Positions 9,931 through 20,940 of a stretch of DNA of 64,000 bases are shown piece after piece (within the stretch, counting starts at the first letter, position 1; the number at the start of each line of letters is the position of its first letter). A program made the translations under genes and the position numbers. Origin of the DNA: Phycisphaerae bacterium (GTDB lineage Bacteria; Planctomycetota; Phycisphaerae; Sedimentisphaerales; Anaerobacaceae); contig JAUXAB010000013.1 in NCBI GenBank assembly GCA_030615025.1, positions 3,655-67,654 of the forward strand, in the 5' to 3' direction. The notes beneath the pieces are model-generated. The model worked only from the letters and a program-made list of their open reading frames with translations. It had not been told where the DNA came from and searched no databases.

Positions 9931-12900
9931 ATGAAAAATAGCCATCTATGTATAACAGCTACCTTAATATTATTATACGCCGCTGCTGTGGCAAATGGAG
10001 ACTGGTATGCTTTACGGTTTGATGGAGTCGATGATTATGTAGACTGCGGGAATAACCCAGTATTCGCTCTCAACGATGCAATTACACTTGTAGCATGGGT
10101 AAAAACAAATGATACCACCAATGGTGAGTTTAATTCCTTTATAACAAAAGGTGACCACGCTTATGGATTGAAGTCCAACACCCGTGACGCCATAGAGTTT
10201 GTTATTTATGATGGAATGTGGGTCACGGCTGAATATTCCGTAAATTCTTCGTTTAACGGCGTATGGCACCATTTAGCTGGGGTCTATGATGGAAGTGAGC
10301 TTAAGTTGTATATTGACGGAGAGCCAGTGGCCACCACAGCTCATACAGGGACTATAGGCAGCACCAGCGACGACGTTTATTTAGGAGGCAATTCCGAGAC
10401 GGCCGGTCATTTCTACGAAGGCCTTATTGACGAAGTTCGTATCTGGAACATAGCAAGAACACAGGAGGAGATTCAAATAAATATGTATGCTCTGTTTGAT
10501 GGTAATGAGCCAAATCTAGTCGGCTATTGGCAGCTCGATGAAGGAACTGGTCAGATTGCTAGCGATTCTTCCGGCAATGGAAATCATGGACAACTTGGTT
10601 CGACTTCTGGTTCGGATAGCGCTGATCCAGCATGGGTGGTCTCTAGCGCATCCTTTGAAACAGGACTATGGATTACCGGTCATGTTCCCAGCGGTATTGT
10701 AATGAATCCTGTCAGCTACATCGACGTGACATTTAGTAAGGATGTCAATGCGGTTACTTTTACTCTTGATGATGTCAACATGGTTGGCCCAAATGGAGCA
10801 ATTGCGGGGAATCCTCCGTTACACCAAGGGGCAAATGTCTGGCGCGTCAGTTTCCCCGAGCACTCCGCTGAGGGATTGTACTATGTTTACATTGGACCGC
10901 ACATTGAGGATTCCAACGGGAATGAAATGGATCAAGATAGAGATGGTATCCCCGGAGAATATCCCGATGATCGTTATGAGGGAACATTTACGATTTCGCG
11001 AAACACAGCGCTGCAATTTGATGGTGTCGATGATTATGTTGATTTGGGAAATGATCTAAGTTTAAGTATCAGCGACCACATAACCATTTCTGCGTGGGTT
11101 AAACATAACAGCGGAACGCCCGGCCAATGGGAAGACATAATCATGAAGGGTAACACAGCATATGGATTTCAACTTTACAATACTAGCGGAGAGTTTACAT
11201 TCCACATACACTCCGGGAGTTGGAAAAACCTTAAGTCTGACGTAGTTCCTGAGGCAGGTTCCTGGTATCACATAGCAGGGACCTATGATGGAAATGTACA
11301 AAAAGTATTCATTAATGGTGTTCTAAACAATACGGACTATTGGAGCGGGACCATAGATGAAAACTCTGATCATTTAACAGTAGGATATAAAGTTGCAGGT
11401 GATAACTCATGGTTTAACGGAGCGATAGACGAAATACGCATCTGGAATATTGCCCGCATACAGGAGCAGATTGCAGCAGGTATGAATCGAGCATTGGTGG
11501 GACAGGAGGCAGGGTTGGTGGGCTACTGGAGATTTGATGAAGGAGCGGGTCAGACTGCCAGTGATTCATCCGGCAACAGAAATGATGGGCAGCTTGGTTC
11601 AACATCTGGTCCAGATGATAATGATCCGGCGTGGGTGGTGTCCGCTGCTCCCGTGAGGAAAGAATTCTGGCTTACAGTTTATACTCCCAGTGGTTTTGTT
11701 ACGAATCCAGTCAGCTACGTTGATGTGACATTTAGTAAAGATGTCAACGGGCCAAGTTTCACTGTTGATGATGTGAACATGATGGGGCCCAGTGGACCAA
11801 TTTCTGTCAATTCTCCGTCATATCAGGGCAGAAACGTCTGGCGGGTTAGTTTCCCTGAGCAGTCTGAGGAAGGAGAGTATCATCTTTACATCGGCCCAGA
11901 CATTGAAGACTCTAATGGGAACAAAATGGACCAAGACGGTGATGGCATTGCTGGAGAAGTTCCTGACGATATATATGATGCCATCTTCACGGTAGTTCAA
12001 GGCATATTGTTTACGAGTGATACATTGATTGATGTTGGGGATGCCAACTATGAAGGAGAGGACATTGTTGTCTCAGGGTGCACATTGACGGTCAATGGCG
12101 AACATGAGTTCAATACTCTACATCTAATTAACAGTGGAGTCGTGACTCATTCGGCGGCCACAGATGGCCAAGCAGATTACAAAGTCTATCTGAACATCGC
12201 AGGAGACGTTACGGTTGCTGCAGGATGCGAGATCTCTGCAGACGCCAAGGGTTATGGGTATGACCGTGGCCCCGGTGCCGGCGGATATATATTTATACGT
12301 TCGGGTTATGTCAAAAGGGTTAGGAGCGGCGGTGGCGGGTACGGTGGTTCTGGGGGAATCGGTGAGTTTTCAAATGTAGTGTATGGTGCCCCCTACGGTT
12401 CAATCACGCAGCCGAATGAACCGGGCAGTGGCGGTGGCCATTGGAATGGAGGAACAGGTGGCGGTGTTGTTCACCTGACTATAGGAGGTGCCTTTTTGCT
12501 AGATGGGCGCATTACAGCCAACGGGACGAACGGAACGTGGTCAAGCTACATGGATTATTCATATTCTGGGGGCGGTGGCTCTGGGGGAAGCATATACATC
12601 GGTGCCGAGACGTTTACCGGGCAAGGCTTGATTGCAGCGAATGGAGGTGCAGGTGCAGGCGGCTCTGGCGGGGGCGCTGGTGGCAGAATCGCTATCCACT
12701 ACAATACAAACACATTCACGGGGACCTCTTCAGCATATGGTGGATCAGGGTATGAGTACGGTGGAGCAGGGACAATCTTCACAAAGTCCCCCACTCAAAT
12801 CTGGGGCGATCTGCTAGTCGACAATGACGACAATCTGGGGGCGACCACCCCCCTCTTGAACAACGATTGGACTTTTGACGCTATGGAGGTTGTTGAGAAG

Positions 12901-15900
12901 GGCAACTTGGAAGTCCCTGCTGATGTGAATCTCACTTTAATTCCTGACGTCCTGACTGTGGACAGCAATGGACAAATGATTGTAAGAGGTCAAGTACTCT
13001 ATGAAGGTGACATCAACGGTAGATTCTCACTGGTTGAACTTACATCAGGGGGGACGCTGGTCCTTGACGACGATGGTCAGATTTCTTGCGGCCACGCAGA
13101 GCTATCAGGAGGCACGCTGATCATAAATGACAGCGGCCGCCTCGACCTACAGCACGTGGAAGTTCTCTCCGGTGGTACATTAATACTGAACACATTGCAG
13201 GCCTTCCCGAGCATGCACATTGGTCCAGGGGGATTGTTGACCCATGCACAAAGCGTGGATGGTTTTGACCTGAGGATCTCCGCCGATCTGACCGTTGATG
13301 CAGGGGGCTCGGTTTCAGTTGACGCGAAGGGCTACGGGGTAGTTAGCGGTCCGGGGGCAGGTGGTTTTGGCAAAGTTGACGCCCTGCTTGCTACGAATCT
13401 ATTTGGTGGTGGAGGTGGGTATGGTGGTACCGGGGGAGATAGTCGTGGAGGTGCCACAGGTGGTTCAGTGTACGGCTCGCTGACTGAGCCGACAGATTGG
13501 GGTAGCGGCGGTGGCTTACAGTGTTGCGGAGGTGTAGGTGGGGGGGCCGTACGTTTAGCAGTAGGTGGAACATTTTTGTTCAATGGCGAGATCACCGCTA
13601 ATGGCACCAACGGCTTCTACAATTACCAACCCGGATCCCATCGATACGGCGGCGGAGGCTCAGGTGGGAGTGTCTTCGTAGCCACGGAGACTTGGGCTGG
13701 CTCGGGTACGATTGTGGCAAACGGCGGCCAAGGAGCAGGTGGTGGAGGGGGCGGTGGCAGAATCGCCATATACTACAATGATGACAGTTTCAGCGGAACA
13801 ATTAGCGCAGCAGGCGGTGCGGGCGGTGGGCCCGGTCAGCCAGGAACGGTCTTTCTTGGACGGGATCTGCCCCCCATGGTTAGCTCGGATATGGCCCCGA
13901 GGGGCCAGGTGCGGACACCGCTGGATCACATAGACTTTGTATTCACACGGCCAATTGATCCCAATACATTCACACTAGAGGATATTCAGCTGTGGGGACC
14001 CGATGGCGAGGTTTTCATAACGAGTATTGCGCTCGTGAATGAATTTGCAGGTCGGCAGACCTACCGCATCAGTTTCCCGATCCTGGTGGCAAACGGGGGA
14101 TACCGGCTATCGATAGGTCCTAACATAACCGATGAAGAAGGTAACCTTCTGGACCAAGACTATGATGGAGTCGGTGGAGAGGCTATCGATGACGTGTACG
14201 AGGTTCGCTGGACACTTGATACCATTGGCCCGCGAATTGCGAACCACTCTCCCGCAGGTGATATTGCCGGAACAGTTGGGTACGTTGATGTTTGGTTCTC
14301 TGAGAACTTAGACACGGCTACCTTTAGCCTGGACGATGTTAACATCGTCGGGCCAGGCGGAAACATAACGCCGACGGATCTGGCCGAAATTGGGAACAGC
14401 GTTTTTCGCATTACCTTCGACGCCCAAACTATGCAGGGACAATATCATGTGCTGATAAGGCCGGACGTCAACGATCTGGCAGGCAACATTATGGACCAGG
14501 ATGACGATGGAACACAAGGGGAACCGAATGATGACACCTACGACGCTTCGTTCTATCTGGCGGATGTGGACCTCACGCTTAGCAATGTGGTCGTTGATCC
14601 TAACGAGCTCTTGGCAGGCGAGGAGGTTACTGTTTCATGGTATGGATCCAACCAGAGCGGCATGCCGCTGCTGGGGGATTGGACAGATGCTGTCTACTTA
14701 TCGGCGGATGATCAGTGGGACATTGAGGATGAATTGTTGGCAACCATCCCGCATAGCAATGGTCTTGCCCAGGACGAGACGTACTCGAGGTCTGTGGACG
14801 TGCTTGTGCCCGGGAGAATTCCAGGTAACTACCACATCATAGTCCGCACCGACCTGTACAACCAGGAGAAGGAGGCCGGCGATGAAGGCAATAACATCGT
14901 AGCCATCGGACCGCTCTCATTAGATGTGCGTGAGCTTTTGGCTGATGCGGTGCCAGTAACCGGCACCCTGACAGATTCGAACTGGCTTGATTACTATGAG
15001 ATTAACACGCAAGATGGGAATAACTTGGCTATTATATTGGATCAGTTGGACCCCAACGCGAGTGTTGATTTCTTCGTGAGCTACGAACGAATTCCAACTG
15101 TATTAGATTATGACTTCCGCTCAAGTGTTAACGTTCAGGGTAACCTGCAGGTAACGATTACTGGGACTTTGGCCGGGGCATATTATGTCCTGGTTGATGG
15201 CGATCAGTTTGTGGGACCAAGCTCTTATGATCTGATGGCTGACACACCTGAGATCGTCGTAACCAGTATCAATCCTGACCATCACGGCGTTGGTTCGGCG
15301 TGCACGATCACAATAGTGGGTGGGGGTTTTGACGACAGTAGTACCGTCGAGTTCATAGGTTCTGACGATAGCATCTGGGCCCCAAGCCAAATTAGAGTCA
15401 TTTCGCCCACGACGATGACAGTCGACCTTGATTTGCCTGCCTGGCCACAAGATGCTTACGACCTGATTGTCGCTAAGCCAGGTGTTGACCCACACGAGGT
15501 TGTAAATGCCTTTGAAGTAACAACGGCAGTTCCAGCGATTTTGGATGCACGTGTTGTTGTTCCCAGCGCACTGGGACGGCACTGGTATGCCACTCTCTGG
15601 ATTGAATATGCCAACACTGGCGAGGCATCGATGCCAGCCCCCTTGTTTAAGCTGCACGGTAGCGATGATGCGATTCTTACTCTCGATTCATCGCTTGCTG
15701 GAAGGGGGCTTTGGACTAACACTTCTCCGGCTGGCACAAGCGATACCGTTCAAGTTATGGCCACCGGCTCCGGTGCTACTCCAGGCATACTGCAGCCTGG
15801 CGACTCTGGCCGCATTCCGGTGTACTACCTTGGCTTAAAGCTGCCTTGGGATTTCTCAGACGGTACGGTCAAGTTCGATCTCGGTGTCCTGACGGCTGAT

Positions 15901-18900
15901 GGCACCGAGCCCATCAACTGGGCTTCGCTCAAAGACGAAGTGCGTCCTAAGTCCATACTCCCCGATGCCTGGGATGCTATCTGGGTAAACTTAACCGAAC
16001 AAATAGGCGACACTTGGGGTGATTATGTTGCCATGCTCGACGAGAATATGAATTATCTGCACACCGTTGGCCAAGATGTGAGCGATGTTAAGTCTTTGCT
16101 GGCTTTTGGAATTCAGCAGGCTCAGGCACTGAGTCCGTTTTCATATCTGGCGGGCGCAGCCGAACTGTACTCCCTCGCACCGGGTATCCCGCTCACGTTT
16201 AGCCGTGTCTATGGGCAATCAATCGATTCACGCTACGAGTTTGGACCGCTGGGCCGAGGCTGGAGACACAATTGGGACATCTATATCGAAGAGTTTCCCG
16301 ACGGCGATGTGATCGTCCGTGGCCCGCTTGGTATAGACCGTTACTTCAACCGCGACAGTGGCGGCTATACCGCTTCGCCAGGAGATTACGGCACGTTAAC
16401 CTTAAGCGACGGTAAGTACAACCTAACCGAGAAGTACGGAGCCGTCTGGCAGTTTCGCTCGGACAACCTTTTGGACTACGTCGAGGACAGAAACGGCAAT
16501 CGCATTACCGCTGGTTATGCCACAGGACAACTCATAAGTATCACGCATTCCAATGGTGACCAGCTTCTGTTTGACTACAACGGCGAAGGTCGTATCTGGC
16601 ACGTTACTGACCCGCGAGGCCCCGGCCCGGAAGATGACTACGTGGTTATATATGAATATGATGTTTCCCGCGAGCACTTAGTCAACGCTAATGAACCCAA
16701 CAATCGCGTCACAAGGTATACCTACAACACAGGAAATGGTTTGCAACGTGAACATGCCCTTCTGTCTGTGGAGTATCCTGATGGCAGAGACGTTCACTTC
16801 TCATACGACGCCAAGGGTCGTCTGGTCGAAACACACCGCGGAGGTGGGGTGGAGTCAGTTACCTACAGTTATGATCCTACTGGGACCGTAACAGTCACGG
16901 ATGCTACCGGGCGGCAGGCCGTTCTTTACTTTGGTTTAGGCGGACAGCTTGCTCAGTTGCGCGATGGGGAAGGCAATGTCATTAGACTTGCCTATGACCG
17001 CAACTACGAACTTACTCAATTGACCGGCGCAAGTGGCCAGCAGTACAACTACTCCTACGACTCACTGGGTAACTTGACCACCATCGAGGACCCCCTTCGG
17101 CGGATCACAGCTCTCACACACAGTTCATCCTTCAATGACTTGACCTTGGTTATTGACGCGCGAAACAATGGTATAGATTATGACTATGATTCCTCGGGCA
17201 ACCTGACGGCGATTACCTACGAAGATGGAACTACCGAATCCTTCACATATGATGCTAGTGGCAACGTTCTGACCTGGACTAACCGCCGAGGCGATACCGT
17301 AACATACAGCTACGACAGCCGAGGTCAGCTAACCAGCAAAGACTACTCCAACACGCCAGAAGCAAACGACTGCACTTATGTTTATGATGACGCCGGTAAT
17401 CTTATCTCAGCCACGGATGCCAGTAGTATGATCGCTATGACGTATGATCCCAGCACAGATTGGCTGACAAGGATTGATTATCCTGGTGGTTATTTTTTTA
17501 CATTCGAGTACGACAATGTGGGGCGACGCACCCAGCGAACCGACCAAAATGACAACGTGGTGAAGTACATCTACGATACTGTTGGCCAGTTGGGCCAAAT
17601 GACCGATGGCAATGATGCACTTATAGTTGATTATGACTATGATGCAGGCGGGCGTTTAAGTCGTAAGACACTGGGTAATGGCGTCTATACTAATTATGAG
17701 TACGATAATGCCGGGCGTCTGACACACCTTATAAATCACGGTTCCGATGCAAGTGTTATCTCCCGATTTGACTACACTTATGATGCCTCTGGAAGGCGAA
17801 CCTCGATAACAACGTTGGACGGCACCTACAGCTATGACTATGACCCGCTTGACCAGCTAACCGACGTGACCTATCCCGATGGGCGTATTGTAGAGTACGT
17901 CTACGACGCCGTGGGCAATCGCATCGCAGTTATCGACGACGCAGTAGCTACTTCCTATACCACCAACAACATAAATCAGTACACTAATGTGGGCGAGATC
18001 ACATATACTTGTGATGCCGATGGTAATCTCCAGGCTAAGACAGAAGGTGGCATAACAACGACATATACTTATGACGTGGAGAATCGTTTGGTCGGTGTGA
18101 GCACTCCGACGGATACCTGGACTTACACCTATGACGTCTTCGGAAACCGCATCTCTTCCAGTCACAACAGCGTAACCACGCAATACGTCGTGGATCCGAT
18201 AGGCTATGGCGATGTGGCGGCTGAGTATGACAATGCCGGGAGTCTCATAGCGACGTATGACCACGGTTTTGGACTATTGAGTCGAACAGATGCTTTGGGG
18301 GCTTCTGCTTACTATACTTTTGACGTTATTGGCTCAACCAGCGAGCTGACTGATGCAAACGGTACCATCCTTAACACCTACGCCTATGACCCATTCGGCA
18401 TCTCGCTCAGCAAATTAGAATCAATACCTAATCCGTTCCAGTACGTCGGTGAGTACGGCGCGATGCACGAAAATCACGGCCTGGAGTTCATGCGAGCGAG
18501 ATTCTATGAAGCAACCACTGGTCGGTTTATTACAGGAGATCCGCTGGGAATAGCAACAGGGGACGTAAATTTTTACAGGTATGTACACAATAATCCACTG
18601 AACTCCATCGACCCAAAGGGGCTGGACCTTTGGGACTTCTATGATGAATATCGGAAGTGGTCGTGGAAACAAACTAAGAAAACGCTGGAAGACATACTCA
18701 AACCGCCTCCAGCCACTCCTCTCTCCGAATATGAAGATTTAGATTATCCTGAGGAGGATGAGGAAGAAGGATGGCGAGATCCGTTAAGACATGCTCTAGA
18801 CGATCTTATCCCTATCCTACCTCCGACAGAACCAATGGTGGGAGACCGTCCCCTCTCCGAACTTGGCAAAACACCCCAGAAAATGCCACCTGAGCTGCCT

Positions 18901-20358
18901 GATCCGTGCACTACTCCGGTCGGCGATGCCGATACTGCTGTGAGTCAACCAGTCGATCCGAGTGACAAGCTCGGGCCTACGGGCTGCGGCGCGGCGAGGT
19001 TCGTCCGAGGGGACGATTTACTTGCGTACAAGATACGATTCGAAAATGAATCCGACGCCACTGCACCAGCCCATATCATTAACGTCACAGATACGCTCGA
19101 CGAAGATCTGGACCTCAGTACATTTGAACTTACAGAGATTTCCTTTGCCAATCACATTATTATTGTGCCCGAGGGCCTGAATCACTACGAGACGACCATG
19201 AATCTCGTTGTTGAGAATGAGTTCGTCAGCGAAACCGAACTTGTTGTTGAAATAGACGTTTTTCTGGACATGGGCTTGCGAGAGCTAACCTTCACCATGA
19301 TCGGAGTCGATCCTAACACGGGTTGGTTGCCCGAAGACATTATGGTAGGGATGCTTTATCCTAACGACGACACAGGACGCGGTGACGGCCACATTAGCTT
19401 CACTGTCAAGCCAATCCCGGGCCTCCCATCAGGAACTGAGATTACCAATAAGGCGACCATCAAGTTCGACTGGGAAGACCCACTTTTGACGCCATTAGTA
19501 CTGAACACAATTGATGCTGCCCCCCCAGTCAGTCAGGTCAACGCTCTGCCCCCAGAGGCAAATGACATTTCCATCCTTATCTCATGGGGCGGCCAGGATG
19601 ATGCCAACGGCTCAGGTATCGCCAGTTATGACATCTATGTTTCAGATAACGGAGGTGCATATATTCTTTGGCTGGATGACACAAATGCGATCTCCGCTAC
19701 CTTTGTTGGTGAGCATGGGCATACCTATTCGTTCTACAGCGTGGCCACAGATAATGCGGGCCATGTGGAAGAAGCGCCGACAGTACCGGATGTGATTATA
19801 GCCCTTTACGACCGCACTTCCCCTCGAGTCATAAACGCGATCGTGAATGAAAGTCGGCCCCAACGTTCTACTATCGGAATGCTGGGGATTCAGTTCAGTG
19901 AGCATCTTGAGGTCACCAAAGAAATATTGACGCTATATAACAACACGGATGGCAATTATGTGGACCTATCAGGCTTGACTGAATCAGACTTTGATTATAG
20001 CGAATCAACTTATACAACCATATGGAACGTGTCAGGTCTGATACTCTCGGACGACAATTATACTGCCACTATTTTGGCATCCGCTGTTATTGATACGGGA
20101 GGCAATCAGCTGGATGGAAATGGTGACGGCACCGGCGGAGATGATTATACATTTGATCTCTTCCGCCTATTTGGTGACTTTGACGGCAGTGAGAGTGTTG
20201 ACTTTATTGACTTCTCGGCCTTTGCAGAAAAATGGCGAACTACTGATTGTGTTGAGCCATACTGGTGCGGTGGGGCTGACTGTGAGCCAGATGGGGATGT
20301 AGATTTTCCTGACCTTGCCGCATTTGTTCAGCGCTGGCTTGAAGGCGTAGGGCAGTAA
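9931..20358 (+). CDS. Giant secreted multidomain protein: 2x(LamG + Ig-like), 2x Gly-rich beta-helix-like module, Ig-like/CARDB/PPC/IPT domains, RHS/YD shell, C-terminal beta-sandwich domains and dockerin-like tail
   Basis: Signal-like N-terminus MKNSHLCITATLILLYAAAVANG. LamG_3 domain ends (IDEVRIWNIAR, twice). Internal duplication of about 330 aa. GGGGYGGSGG...RIAIHYN modules, twice. CARDB-like segment DLTLSNVVVDP...GNYHIIVRTD. Many YDxxGRL repeats. RHS core ending RFYEATTGRFITGDPLGI...YRYVHNNPLNSIDPKGL. Good SD (GAGGGGTG) before the ATG. Confidence 0.9.
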   Translation: MKNSHLCITATLILLYAAAVANGDWYALRFDGVDDYVDCGNNPVFALNDAITLVAWVKTNDTTNGEFNSFITKGDHAYGLKSNTRDAIEFVIYDGMWVTAEYSVNSSFNGVWHHLAGVYDGSELKLYIDGEPVATTAHTGTIGSTSDDVYLGGNSETAGHFYEGLIDEVRIWNIARTQEEIQINMYALFDGNEPNLVGYWQLDEGTGQIASDSSGNGNHGQLGSTSGSDSADPAWVVSSASFETGLWITGHVPSGIVMNPVSYIDVTFSKDVNAVTFTLDDVNMVGPNGAIAGNPPLHQGANVWRVSFPEHSAEGLYYVYIGPHIEDSNGNEMDQDRDGIPGEYPDDRYEGTFTISRNTALQFDGVDDYVDLGNDLSLSISDHITISAWVKHNSGTPGQWEDIIMKGNTAYGFQLYNTSGEFTFHIHSGSWKNLKSDVVPEAGSWYHIAGTYDGNVQKVFINGVLNNTDYWSGTIDENSDHLTVGYKVAGDNSWFNGAIDEIRIWNIARIQEQIAAGMNRALVGQEAGLVGYWRFDEGAGQTASDSSGNRNDGQLGSTSGPDDNDPAWVVSAAPVRKEFWLTVYTPSGFVTNPVSYVDVTFSKDVNGPSFTVDDVNMMGPSGPISVNSPSYQGRNVWRVSFPEQSEEGEYHLYIGPDIEDSNGNKMDQDGDGIAGEVPDDIYDAIFTVVQGILFTSDTLIDVGDANYEGEDIVVSGCTLTVNGEHEFNTLHLINSGVVTHSAATDGQADYKVYLNIAGDVTVAAGCEISADAKGYGYDRGPGAGGYIFIRSGYVKRVRSGGGGYGGSGGIGEFSNVVYGAPYGSITQPNEPGSGGGHWNGGTGGGVVHLTIGGAFLLDGRITANGTNGTWSSYMDYSYSGGGGSGGSIYIGAETFTGQGLIAANGGAGAGGSGGGAGGRIAIHYNTNTFTGTSSAYGGSGYEYGGAGTIFTKSPTQIWGDLLVDNDDNLGATTPLLNNDWTFDAMEVVEKGNLEVPADVNLTLIPDVLTVDSNGQMIVRGQVLYEGDINGRFSLVELTSGGTLVLDDDGQISCGHAELSGGTLIINDSGRLDLQHVEVLSGGTLILNTLQAFPSMHIGPGGLLTHAQSVDGFDLRISADLTVDAGGSVSVDAKGYGVVSGPGAGGFGKVDALLATNLFGGGGGYGGTGGDSRGGATGGSVYGSLTEPTDWGSGGGLQCCGGVGGGAVRLAVGGTFLFNGEITANGTNGFYNYQPGSHRYGGGGSGGSVFVATETWAGSGTIVANGGQGAGGGGGGGRIAIYYNDDSFSGTISAAGGAGGGPGQPGTVFLGRDLPPMVSSDMAPRGQVRTPLDHIDFVFTRPIDPNTFTLEDIQLWGPDGEVFITSIALVNEFAGRQTYRISFPILVANGGYRLSIGPNITDEEGNLLDQDYDGVGGEAIDDVYEVRWTLDTIGPRIANHSPAGDIAGTVGYVDVWFSENLDTATFSLDDVNIVGPGGNITPTDLAEIGNSVFRITFDAQTMQGQYHVLIRPDVNDLAGNIMDQDDDGTQGEPNDDTYDASFYLADVDLTLSNVVVDPNELLAGEEVTVSWYGSNQSGMPLLGDWTDAVYLSADDQWDIEDELLATIPHSNGLAQDETYSRSVDVLVPGRIPGNYHIIVRTDLYNQEKEAGDEGNNIVAIGPLSLDVRELLADAVPVTGTLTDSNWLDYYEINTQDGNNLAIILDQLDPNASVDFFVSYERIPTVLDYDFRSSVNVQGNLQVTITGTLAGAYYVLVDGDQFVGPSSYDLMADTPEIVVTSINPDHHGVGSACTITIVGGGFDDSSTVEFIGSDDSIWAPSQIRVISPTTMTVDLDLPAWPQDAYDLIVAKPGVDPHEVVNAFEVTTAVPAILDARVVVPSALGRHWYATLWIEYANTGEASMPAPLFKLHGSDDAILTLDSSLAGRGLWTNTSPAGTSDTVQVMATGSGATPGILQPGDSGRIPVYYLGLKLPWDFSDGTVKFDLGVLTADGTEPINWASLKDEVRPKSILPDAWDAIWVNLTEQIGDTWGDYVAMLDENMNYLHTVGQDVSDVKSLLAFGIQQAQALSPFSYLAGAAELYSLAPGIPLTFSRVYGQSIDSRYEFGPLGRGWRHNWDIYIEEFPDGDVIVRGPLGIDRYFNRDSGGYTASPGDYGTLTLSDGKYNLTEKYGAVWQFRSDNLLDYVEDRNGNRITAGYATGQLISITHSNGDQLLFDYNGEGRIWHVTDPRGPGPEDDYVVIYEYDVSREHLVNANEPNNRVTRYTYNTGNGLQREHALLSVEYPDGRDVHFSYDAKGRLVETHRGGGVESVTYSYDPTGTVTVTDATGRQAVLYFGLGGQLAQLRDGEGNVIRLAYDRNYELTQLTGASGQQYNYSYDSLGNLTTIEDPLRRITALTHSSSFNDLTLVIDARNNGIDYDYDSSGNLTAITYEDGTTESFTYDASGNVLTWTNRRGDTVTYSYDSRGQLTSKDYSNTPEANDCTYVYDDAGNLISATDASSMIAMTYDPSTDWLTRIDYPGGYFFTFEYDNVGRRTQRTDQNDNVVKYIYDTVGQLGQMTDGNDALIVDYDYDAGGRLSRKTLGNGVYTNYEYDNAGRLTHLINHGSDASVISRFDYTYDASGRRTSITTLDGTYSYDYDPLDQLTDVTYPDGRIVEYVYDAVGNRIAVIDDAVATSYTTNNINQYTNVGEITYTCDADGNLQAKTEGGITTTYTYDVENRLVGVSTPTDTWTYTYDVFGNRISSSHNSVTTQYVVDPIGYGDVAAEYDNAGSLIATYDHGFGLLSRTDALGASAYYTFDVIGSTSELTDANGTILNTYAYDPFGISLSKLESIPNPFQYVGEYGAMHENHGLEFMRARFYEATTGRFITGDPLGIATGDVNFYRYVHNNPLNSIDPKGLDLWDFYDEYRKWSWKQTKKTLEDILKPPPATPLSEYEDLDYPEEDEEEGWRDPLRHALDDLIPILPPTEPMVGDRPLSELGKTPQKMPPELPDPCTTPVGDADTAVSQPVDPSDKLGPTGCGAARFVRGDDLLAYKIRFENESDATAPAHIINVTDTLDEDLDLSTFELTEISFANHIIIVPEGLNHYETTMNLVVENEFVSETELVVEIDVFLDMGLRELTFTMIGVDPNTGWLPEDIMVGMLYPNDDTGRGDGHISFTVKPIPGLPSGTEITNKATIKFDWEDPLLTPLVLNTIDAAPPVSQVNALPPEANDISILISWGGQDDANGSGIASYDIYVSDNGGAYILWLDDTNAISATFVGEHGHTYSFYSVATDNAGHVEEAPTVPDVIIALYDRTSPRVINAIVNESRPQRSTIGMLGIQFSEHLEVTKEILTLYNNTDGNYVDLSGLTESDFDYSESTYTTIWNVSGLILSDDNYTATILASAVIDTGGNQLDGNGDGTGGDDYTFDLFRLFGDFDGSESVDFIDFSAFAEKWRTTDCVEPYWCGGADCEPDGDVDFPDLAAFVQRWLEGVGQ
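16168..18624 (+). other. RHS/YD-repeat shell and RHS-associated core inside the giant CDS
   Basis: YDAKGRLVE, YDSRGQLTS, YDDAGNLIS, YDNVGRRTQ, YDAGGRLSR, YDNAGRLTH, YDASGRRTS and others, ending with the canonical core motif ...NPLNSIDPKGL at 18610-18624. Confidence 0.85.
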
Positions 20359-20677
20359 ATTGAGACCTTCGACCTAGATAGCCAGTGGTCATTGAGGCGC
20401 AAGGTTGTTCCAATGTGAGCCTTACGACTTCCGAACGGCGCATACGTACCGCGTATACGTACCACGTGCGCTTGTCAAGCGGGCGTCGGACCACTGAAAA
20501 ACAGCGTAATTCCAATAATTGCTCTTTGAAAAGAGAATATTCAGGTATGTGTCAGTGAATAAAAGCCCTCGGACATATCAAACTCAATCAAAATGAAAGA
20601 GTTGTGCTTCAATGTTTGAAGTTTTGAGGGACTTTCCATGTGTTAAGCCAACATGAAAACCGAGACGAGTCCGTAAA

Positions 20678-20940
20678 CTACGCAGCTCTTTTAAGCCGAT
20701 ACCCAGTGATCCGTGTTTCCTGGAATCGATGATGTTCGATATTACACGGAACCGTTTTTGCGTCACGTTTCGGCTTCTCCGGCTTTTTCTCGTAATAGAC
20801 ATCATCAGGTCGAAGACCATCCAATGTCATGTGTGGCCGCCAGATATTGTACCAGCTCTCAAATTCTTTACAGAGAAAGGTCAGATGATCAAAGTCTTTA
20901 ATGGTCGGTGCCGATTGTACACGGCGCTCAATACCTGATG
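20678..20940 (-). mobile_element. 3' fragment of a DDE (rve/integrase-core) transposase gene
   Basis: My translation of the minus strand gives ...IKDFDHLTFLCKEFESWYNIWRPHMTLDGLRPDDVYYEKKPEKPKRD...RLKRAA*. This contains the WYNxxRPHxxLxGxxP motif typical of the rve C-terminus. There is no start codon, and an in-frame stop lies just upstream (about 20957), so it is a remnant. Confidence 0.6.

Noticed and set aside
13332-13610. Many antisense or alternate-frame ORFs inside the giant gene (for example 13332..13610 -, 12441..12755 +, 15121..15657 -, 17857..18264 -).
   Set aside because: They overlap a 10.4-kb ORF with coherent domain content. Their translations are low-complexity (Pro/Gly/Arg-rich) mirror images of Gly-rich or repeat coding sequence.
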